NCBI GenBank assembly: GCA_030668875.1
Contig: DAOVER010000086.1
Coordinates: 1-8,031, forward strand
Direction: 5' to 3'
DNA from: Candidatus Heimdallarchaeota archaeon
Lineage (GTDB): Archaea; Asgardarchaeota; Heimdallarchaeia; Heimdallarchaeales; Heimdallarchaeaceae
Length of the DNA: 8,031 bases
This document shows, piece after piece, positions 1 through 5,734 of this stretch. Every line of letters begins with the position of its first letter. Position 1 is the stretch's first letter. The notes under the pieces are model-generated. The model was given only the letters and a program-made list of their open reading frames with translations, did not search any database and had not been told where the DNA came from. The translations under genes and the position numbers were made by a program.

Positions 1-2
1 AA

Positions 3-2549
3 CCTGAAAATGTTGCGACTTATTTTGCAAACAAAATAATCAAAGATTTTCTTGGAATGGGCTTCTCGATAGATGATACTAAACAGTTTACTACTGGTGA
101 TCTTGAATATAATAGATTCATTGAGTGGCAATATGGAATTCTCAATGAGAAGAACCTTATAACAAAGGGTAGTTATCCCATTCTATGGTGTGTAAATGAT
201 AAGAATGCTGTAGGTGAGGATGATATCAAAGATGGAGATGAACTTAAAGTCGAAGTTAACCAATTTGTGGGTATTAAGTTCCAACTAAATAATGGAATAT
301 TTCTAGTAGCAGCTACTTTGAGACCTGAAACTATTTTCGGAGCAACTAATGTTTGGATTCATCCTGATGCTAAATATGAAGAAATAAAGATTGAAGAAGA
401 ACGATGGATTGTTTCTGAAGAAGCAACCATGAAACTCTTGAAACAAAATCACAGTATAGAAGTTCTAAGGAAATTAAAAGGAAAAGAAATTGTTAATCAA
501 GAAGTTATAGTCCCGATAACTGGGTTAAAAATCCCTATATATCCTGCAACTTTTGTTGATACAGATCATGCAACAGGAGTCGTGTATAGTGTTCCTGCAC
601 ATGCCCCTTATGATTATGCAGCACTAGTAGATTTACAAAAAGATGAAGAAACTATAAGCAATTTTAACCTAAATAGAGATAGATTAGAAGAGATCAAACC
701 AATCTCACTAATTTCTGTCAAAGGATTTGGCGAGTTTCCAGCAGTAGAATTGTGTAATAAACTAGGTGTAAAGAGTCAAAAGGACAGAGAGAAGTTAGAG
801 AAAGCAACTCAAACAATCTACAAAGATGAGTTCTATTCTGGTATAATGAAAGAGAACACTGGAGAATTCAAAGGATTAAAAGTAGAACAAGCCAAGGATG
901 TTGTTGCTGATAAATTAAGAGAAACCAATCTAGCAGCCGAAATATATGAAACATCAAGAAAAGCTTTCTGTCGCTGTGGAGCTCAAATCATAGTAGCTGT
1001 TTTAGAAGAGCAGTATTTCCTAAATTATGGAGATGAAAAATGGAAAGAAACAGCTTTCAAAGCATTAAATTCTATGAGTATTATACCTGAAAAATATCGC
1101 TTAACATTCAAGAATACCTTTGATTGGTTGGATAAGAGACCATGTGTCAGAAAGAGAGGTTTAGGTACTGAGTTTCCTTTAACAAAAGGTGAAGGTTGGA
1201 TTATTGAATCTTTGAGTGATTCTGTCATTTACATGGCATTTTACACAGTTGTTCAAATTATAAGAGAAAATCAAATTAAACCCGAACAATTGAAGCCAGA
1301 GTTATTTGATTTTGTTTTCTTAAACAAGGGAAGTATAGAAAAAGTGATGAAAAGCACAGCCATTTCAGAGGGTTCTATCAATGAAATGAAAGAATCATTT
1401 GAATACTGGTATCCAAATGATTTTCGTCATACAGCAATAACGCACATCTCTAACCATCTCTCATTTACCATCTTCCATCATGTAGCTATTTTCCCAGAAA
1501 AATATTGGATTAAAGCTTTTTCACTAAATGAAAATTTGATTAACAATGGTGAAGCAATGAGCAAAAGTAAAGGAAATGTAATCCCAATTGCACACATACC
1601 AGAGAAATACAGTGTAGATCTGACAAGGTTACATTTGGCTTCTGTTGCAACAGCTGATTCAGTGCTAGATTGGAGAGAATCGGAGGTTAATTATGCTCAA
1701 CAACGATTAAAGAGGTTCTGGGAATATGCAACAAGTGTAACAAGTGTCGAGAATAAGGAGATTAATCTCGCATTTCCTTCGAAAATACTATTATCTTCAG
1801 TTAATTCAAATTTGAAAAAAGCTTTAGATGCAATGGAAAACTACAATGTTCGAGAATTCATTTTGAATGCATTTTTCACAAATCTAAAATCAATAGAGGA
1901 TTATGTAAAATTAACAGAATATATTCCAAAGGAAGAAACAAAAATTGTACTAAGAAAAATCCTTGAGAAAATGATTCTTGTTATGTCGCCGGTTATACCT
2001 CATCTATGTGAAGAACTAAATGAGAGAATGAAAAATGAACAATATATTTCATTAGCTGAAATCCCTGATATAAGTTTTAGTCAGGAGGATAAGTCGTATG
2101 CTTTACAAGCAAAGTATTTGGCTAATCTGCAGGAGGATATTGAACAAGTAATCAAATTAGTGAAATCAACTCCAAGGAAAATTCATGTCTACATTAATGC
2201 TGAATGGAAGAACAAGCTGTATGATTTAGCAAAACGAATTTTCGAAGATGAAGCAGTTAACATTGGCAAAATAATGACAGAAGCTAAACAAGTCTCTGAA
2301 TTAAGTAAATATATGAAAAATGTGTCAGAGATTGCAAAATTAATGATGAAAGATCCAAGCATCTTCAGAATTGAAATGATTAGCTCCTCACTGCAAAAGA
2401 AAGCCGTAGAAGAGTATAAAGATTTTCTGAGTCGAGCCTTCAATGGAGCTGAGATAATCATTCATATGGAAGATCAAAAAGTGAGTTATGATCCGCAAAA
2501 CAAAGCACGAAAATCTCGACCGATGAAACCTGCTTTACTCTTGGAATAA
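3..2549 (+). CDS. leuS: Leucyl-tRNA synthetase, archaeal/eukaryotic type; 5'-partial (N-terminus and HIGH motif lie upstream of the window)
   Basis: The frame is open from position 3 (PENVATYFANKIIKDFLG-MGFSID), so ATG 57 is internal. Motifs: FTTGD..Y..FIEWQ; CP1 editing motifs ATLRPET (312-332) and GVVYSVPAHAPYD (576-614); CRCG; GLGT.FP; WIIESLSDSVIYMAFYT; YWYP..NHL; MSKSKGN (1557-1577); PHLCEEL; and the archaeal LeuRS C-terminus YDPQNKARKSRPMKPALLLE. Several synthetic-site residues are non-canonical (see findings). Confidence 0.93.
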   Translation, partial: PENVATYFANKIIKDFLGMGFSIDDTKQFTTGDLEYNRFIEWQYGILNEKNLITKGSYPILWCVNDKNAVGEDDIKDGDELKVEVNQFVGIKFQLNNGIFLVAATLRPETIFGATNVWIHPDAKYEEIKIEEERWIVSEEATMKLLKQNHSIEVLRKLKGKEIVNQEVIVPITGLKIPIYPATFVDTDHATGVVYSVPAHAPYDYAALVDLQKDEETISNFNLNRDRLEEIKPISLISVKGFGEFPAVELCNKLGVKSQKDREKLEKATQTIYKDEFYSGIMKENTGEFKGLKVEQAKDVVADKLRETNLAAEIYETSRKAFCRCGAQIIVAVLEEQYFLNYGDEKWKETAFKALNSMSIIPEKYRLTFKNTFDWLDKRPCVRKRGLGTEFPLTKGEGWIIESLSDSVIYMAFYTVVQIIRENQIKPEQLKPELFDFVFLNKGSIEKVMKSTAISEGSINEMKESFEYWYPNDFRHTAITHISNHLSFTIFHHVAIFPEKYWIKAFSLNENLINNGEAMSKSKGNVIPIAHIPEKYSVDLTRLHLASVATADSVLDWRESEVNYAQQRLKRFWEYATSVTSVENKEINLAFPSKILLSSVNSNLKKALDAMENYNVREFILNAFFTNLKSIEDYVKLTEYIPKEETKIVLRKILEKMILVMSPVIPHLCEELNERMKNEQYISLAEIPDISFSQEDKSYALQAKYLANLQEDIEQVIKLVKSTPRKIHVYINAEWKNKLYDLAKRIFEDEAVNIGKIMTEAKQVSELSKYMKNVSEIAKLMMKDPSIFRIEMISSSLQKKAVEEYKDFLSRAFNGAEIIIHMEDQKVSYDPQNKARKSRPMKPALLLE

Positions 2550-2555
2550 ATTTGC

Positions 2556-2612
2556 TAGAGAAAATTGAAAAAAAGGAATTTGGAAAGGCATATTTTCAAT
2601 TTTTCTATTTTC
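2556..2612 (+). terminator. Putative leuS terminator: imperfect inverted repeat ending in an oligo-T tract
   Basis: AAAATTGAAAA (2561-2571) pairs perfectly with TTTTCAATTTT (2593-2603). The stem extends to TAGA/TCTA with one bulged G and has a 21-nt loop. The right arm plus TTTTC forms a T-rich run 44-63 nt after the stop codon, as in archaeal terminators. Confidence 0.5.
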
Positions 2613-2750
2613 GCCTCTATCTCCGTTATTCTAATGTTTTATGGCCATATAATATTGCTCAATGGATATATTTTTAAGTAAATCACTTGAGAGAGAGTTT
2701 GCACATAGGGCAGTTACAAAAATAACCCAATATTATATGCAGATATAAAC

Positions 2751-2767
2751 ACAGAAAGGTTAAATAT
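2751..2767 (+). promoter_or_regulatory. Archaeal BRE + TATA box for the DAK2 gene
   Basis: ACAGAAAGG (purine-rich BRE) is directly followed by TTAAATAT, about 60 nt upstream of ATG 2828. Confidence 0.65.
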
Positions 2768-2815
2768 AGCGCAATATTAATAAAATCCGTAACAATACAA
2801 AGCCCTTCTACGCAC

Positions 2816-2823
2816 GAGGATGA
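2816..2823 (+). promoter_or_regulatory. Shine-Dalgarno-like site for the DAK2 gene
   Basis: GAGGATGA, with GAGGA ending 7 nt before ATG 2828. Confidence 0.5.
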
Positions 2824-2827
2824 ACGA

Positions 2828-3511
2828 ATGATGTTACCTAATTCGAAAATCGACGGAATAACTTTAAAGAAAATGATGATTACAGCTGCAAGTAACTTGG
2901 AGCAAACCAAAGAAGAAATTAACTCAATAAATGTATTCCCAATACCTGATGGAGATACTGGTGTTAATTTATTTTTAACAATTAGAACTGTTGTAGAGCA
3001 GTTTAATGAAATTAATCCTTCTTCTATCCAAGAAGCAGCACAACTTATTACAAAAGGGAGTTTTCTAGGAGCTAAAGGCAATTCAGGAGTTATTATCTCC
3101 CAATTTTTCCAAGGTTTTAGCTCTGAAGTTGAAGAACATGAGGAAGTAGGAATTGAAGAATTCGCTAGTGCATTAGAAGCAGGAAGTGAATGGGCATATG
3201 AGGCAGTACTACATCCTACTGAGGGAACTATTTTAACAGTTATCAAAGATACCGCAGAAAAAGCTAAAACTATTGCAGCCAAGGGTGGAGATTGGACAGA
3301 AATGATTACAGAAACTTATGCCACAGCTCTCAAATCATTAGAAAACACTCCAAATCTTTTACCTGTGTTAAAAGAAGCTGGAGTTGTTGATGCTGGAGCA
3401 ATGGGATTTGTTAATGTCTGGTTAGGTTGGTGTTTCCAACTGATGGATAGTTTAGGCATTAAAATTGCTCATATCACAGAAGAATTCGAAAAACTACAAA
3501 ATGGCAACTAA
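2828..3511 (+). CDS. Stand-alone DAK2 (DhaL-like) domain protein of the FakA/YloV fatty-acid-kinase N-terminal subfamily
   Basis: FakA-type signatures: NSINVFPIPDGDTG (2921-2962), GAKGNSGVIISQFF, EGTILTV, TPNLLPVLKEAGVVDAG. At 227 aa it covers only the N-terminal ATP-binding domain of the ~550-aa bacterial FakA. The start could be 2828 or 2831. Confidence 0.9.
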   Translation: MMLPNSKIDGITLKKMMITAASNLEQTKEEINSINVFPIPDGDTGVNLFLTIRTVVEQFNEINPSSIQEAAQLITKGSFLGAKGNSGVIISQFFQGFSSEVEEHEEVGIEEFASALEAGSEWAYEAVLHPTEGTILTVIKDTAEKAKTIAAKGGDWTEMITETYATALKSLENTPNLLPVLKEAGVVDAGAMGFVNVWLGWCFQLMDSLGIKIAHITEEFEKLQNGN

Positions 3512-3569
3512 GTGCCACTTTTCTTTTCTTTTATTTGAAAAAAGAATAGAGCTGTTAAATCGTCTATTC
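3512..3569. terminator. Putative bidirectional terminator between the convergent DAK2 gene and thrS
   Basis: A T-tract TTTTCTTTTCTTTTATTT on + is followed by GAAAAAAGAA (a T-tract on -). Small hairpins: TTCTTTT/AAAAGAA and GAATAGA (3544-3550)/TCTATTC (3563-3569). Confidence 0.55.
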
Positions 3570-5483
3570 ATAATTTTCTATTTGATTTAACACTTGTTTT
3601 GCAAAGTCCTTTGGATTTATTCCAAATTCTACTTTGTTACCTCTTGATCTTACAGCTATTGTTTGTGATTCTATCTCTTTATCTCCAACATTAAGGATAT
3701 ATGGAATCTTTTGCATAGTTGCTTGTCTTATTTTGTATTCCATTCTATCTCCACTGAGATCAGTTTCAGCTCTGATTCCAACCCTTTGTAGATTAGCAAC
3801 TACTTCTTTTGCATATTCAATATGATTATCAGTAATTGGAATGACAATTGCTTGAATTGGACTCAACCAAACAGGTAATTTCCCTGCATAGTGCTCAATT
3901 ATGATTGCTAGAAATCTTTCAGTTGCACCATAAATTGTTCGATGAATAACAAATGGTCTGTGCTTCTGTCCATCTTCTCCTATATAGTTTATATCAAATC
4001 TATCTGGTAGATTGAAATCTACTTGAATTGTGGCAAGTTGCCATTTTCTACCAATTGCATCCTTGACATCAACATCAATTTTTGGACCATAAAATGCTCC
4101 TTCTCCTTCCTTAATTTTGTAATCAATGTCGACTCTTTCCATTGCTCTCATCAGAGATTTGGTTGCATGATCCCAACCTTCATCAGTTCCAATAGCGTAT
4201 TCAGGTTTAGTACTGATGAAGAACTCCCATTCTTTAAATCCGAAAGTTTTGTAGAAATGATTTACCATCTCAACAACACCAACAATTTCATCTTCAAGTT
4301 GATCTGGAAGCATGAATAGATGGGCATCATCTTGGGTAAAGCCCCTTATTCTAAATAATCCGTGTAAAGCACCAGATAATTCATACCGATAGACAGTTCC
4401 CATTTCAGAAAATCTAACAGGCAATTCACGATAAGAGTAGGATCGACGGTTATAAATCATCATATGTCCAGGACAATTCATTGGTTTTACATACCATTTT
4501 TCTCCTCGTAAATCTACAGGAAACATGTGTTCTAAGAAATATTCGGTATGACCACTAGTTTCCCAAACCAGTTCTTTAAAGATATGAGGAGTTTGAATAA
4601 TTTTATAACCAGATTTCTTGTGTTCTTTTTCCCAAAAATCACCCATAACCTTGAGAATTGTTCTCCCTTTGGGGAATATTAAGGGCATTCCTGGTCCCCA
4701 TTCATCTGCAGTATCAAAAAGATCAAGTTGCTTTCCAAGTACTCTATGATCTCTTTTCTTTGCTTCTTCAAGCATTTTCAAGTGCTTCTTGAGTTTTTTC
4801 TCCGAAGTAAAAGCTACACCATATACTCTTTGTAGTGATTCGCGCTCTGCATCTCCTCTCCAAAATGCTGAAGAAACATGCAGTATTTTGATTGCTTTTA
4901 CCTTACTGGAACTTGGGATGTGGGGTCCTCTACACAAATCTTTGAAATGTCCTTGATCATGAGAATAGAAAGACATTATTGCTTCTTCAGATTCTTTGAG
5001 AATTTCAACTTTGAATTTGTTCTTCTCTTCAGTCTCATAATACTTAATAGCTTCTTCTTTTGTAATTTCTTCCCTTAGAAAAGGAGCATCAGCTGCAATA
5101 ACTTCTTCAACCTTTTGCTGTATTTTTTCTAAATCCTCTTGAGTAAATGGTTCGTTAATATAGAAATCATAGTAAAAACCAACTGGATCAATACTTGGTC
5201 CTATCGTTGGACGGGCTTCTGGAAATAAATCAACAACAGCACCAGCCATGATATGAGCAGCACTATGATTAAGAACATGGAGGGATTCCTCTGACTTGTC
5301 TGTTAATATCTCAAGTTTGTCATTTTCCTTGATTTTCTTATTCAAATCAACAAGTCTTCCATTCATCTTTGCTGCAATCGCAGCTTCTGCTAACCGTGGG
5401 CTAATTTGTTGTGCCACATCATATACAGTTGCACCCTTTGGTACGTCAATTTTACTACCATCTGGTAGCTCTACTTTAACCAT
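3564..5483 (-). CDS. thrS: Threonyl-tRNA synthetase, bacterial type (TGS/N1 + N2 editing + class II catalytic + anticodon-binding domains)
   Basis: N-terminal TGS domain (VELPDGS); editing motifs HSAAH (H73/H77) and DLCRGPH; RDHRVLG; Zn ligands in KPMNCPGH, FTQDDAH and VIHR; GEGAFYGPKID; TIQVDFNLPDRF; C-terminal anticodon domain (KIRQATMQKIPY). 639 aa, complete. Confidence 0.97.
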   Translation of the reverse strand: MVKVELPDGSKIDVPKGATVYDVAQQISPRLAEAAIAAKMNGRLVDLNKKIKENDKLEILTDKSEESLHVLNHSAAHIMAGAVVDLFPEARPTIGPSIDPVGFYYDFYINEPFTQEDLEKIQQKVEEVIAADAPFLREEITKEEAIKYYETEEKNKFKVEILKESEEAIMSFYSHDQGHFKDLCRGPHIPSSSKVKAIKILHVSSAFWRGDAERESLQRVYGVAFTSEKKLKKHLKMLEEAKKRDHRVLGKQLDLFDTADEWGPGMPLIFPKGRTILKVMGDFWEKEHKKSGYKIIQTPHIFKELVWETSGHTEYFLEHMFPVDLRGEKWYVKPMNCPGHMMIYNRRSYSYRELPVRFSEMGTVYRYELSGALHGLFRIRGFTQDDAHLFMLPDQLEDEIVGVVEMVNHFYKTFGFKEWEFFISTKPEYAIGTDEGWDHATKSLMRAMERVDIDYKIKEGEGAFYGPKIDVDVKDAIGRKWQLATIQVDFNLPDRFDINYIGEDGQKHRPFVIHRTIYGATERFLAIIIEHYAGKLPVWLSPIQAIVIPITDNHIEYAKEVVANLQRVGIRAETDLSGDRMEYKIRQATMQKIPYILNVGDKEIESQTIAVRSRGNKVEFGINPKDFAKQVLNQIENYE

Positions 5484-5487
5484 TTTA

Positions 5488-5492
5488 TCACC
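5488..5492 (-). promoter_or_regulatory. Archaeal-type Shine-Dalgarno GGTGA for thrS
   Basis: The minus strand reads GGTGA-TAAA-ATG. GGTGA is complementary to the UCACC of the archaeal 16S 3' end. Confidence 0.7.
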
Positions 5493-5537
5493 AAAAAATT
5501 ATTTCTTAAGAGGATAAAAATCATACTTATCTGTAGG

Positions 5538-5544
5538 TTATAAA
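5538..5544 (-). promoter_or_regulatory. Candidate TATA box for thrS
   Basis: TTTATAA on the minus strand, about 55 nt upstream of the start codon. There is no convincing BRE, and an alternative TTTAAATA lies at 5609-5616. Confidence 0.35.
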
Positions 5545-5643
5545 CAAAACCATCAGGAAAGTGTTTCACATTCACCTAACATTATCCTCAAGATTCTTAT
5601 CAATAATATATTTAAAAAAGTTATTACTTATTCATTTCATAAT

Positions 5644-5657
5644 CACAAGATTTAATA
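5644..5657 (+). promoter_or_regulatory. Candidate BRE + TATA box for the MFS gene
   Basis: CACAAGA is followed by TTTAATA (5651-5657), about 78 nt upstream of ATG 5735. Confidence 0.45.
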
Positions 5658-5665
5658 CTCGTTCA

Positions 5666-5689
5666 GATTTTTCTTGAAACAGAAAAATC
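5666..5689. repeat. Perfect 9-bp inverted repeat (candidate operator or 5'-UTR hairpin)
   Basis: GATTTTTCT-tgaaac-AGAAAAATC, read directly from the sequence. Confidence 0.6.
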
Positions 5690-5734
5690 CATAATGCATT
5701 TAAATTCAGTTTTGGATAAGGGGTAACAGATAAA

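Noticed and set aside
57-59. ATG 57 as the leuS start
   Set aside because: The frame is open and LeuRS-like back to the window edge, and the HIGH-containing N-terminus is missing, so this Met is internal.
1025-1228. 67-aa minus-strand ORF
   Set aside because: Antisense shadow inside leuS with no recognisable motif.
2189-2461. 90-aa minus-strand ORF
   Set aside because: Antisense shadow of the leuS C-terminal region.
2634-2681. 15-aa small ORF MFYGHIILLNGYIFK in the intergenic region
   Set aside because: No SD or clear promoter; this length is expected by chance.
2820-2831. Mini-uORF ATG AAC GAA TGA overlapping the DAK2 start
   Set aside because: Its ATG is part of the SD-like GAGGATGA; three codons give no evidence of function.
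2683-3282. 199-aa minus-strand ORF
   Set aside because: Mostly antisense to the motif-rich DAK2 gene, with the Ser/Ile/Leu-rich composition typical of a shadow ORF.
3634-5517. Plus-strand ORFs 3634-3825, 4023-4319, 4878-5078 and 5296-5517
   Set aside because: All are antisense to thrS and have no domain signatures.
5484-5640. T-box riboswitch or E. coli-type tRNA-mimic operator upstream of thrS
   Set aside because: The leader is short and very AT-rich. I saw no T-box consensus and no stable anticodon-like stem-loops.
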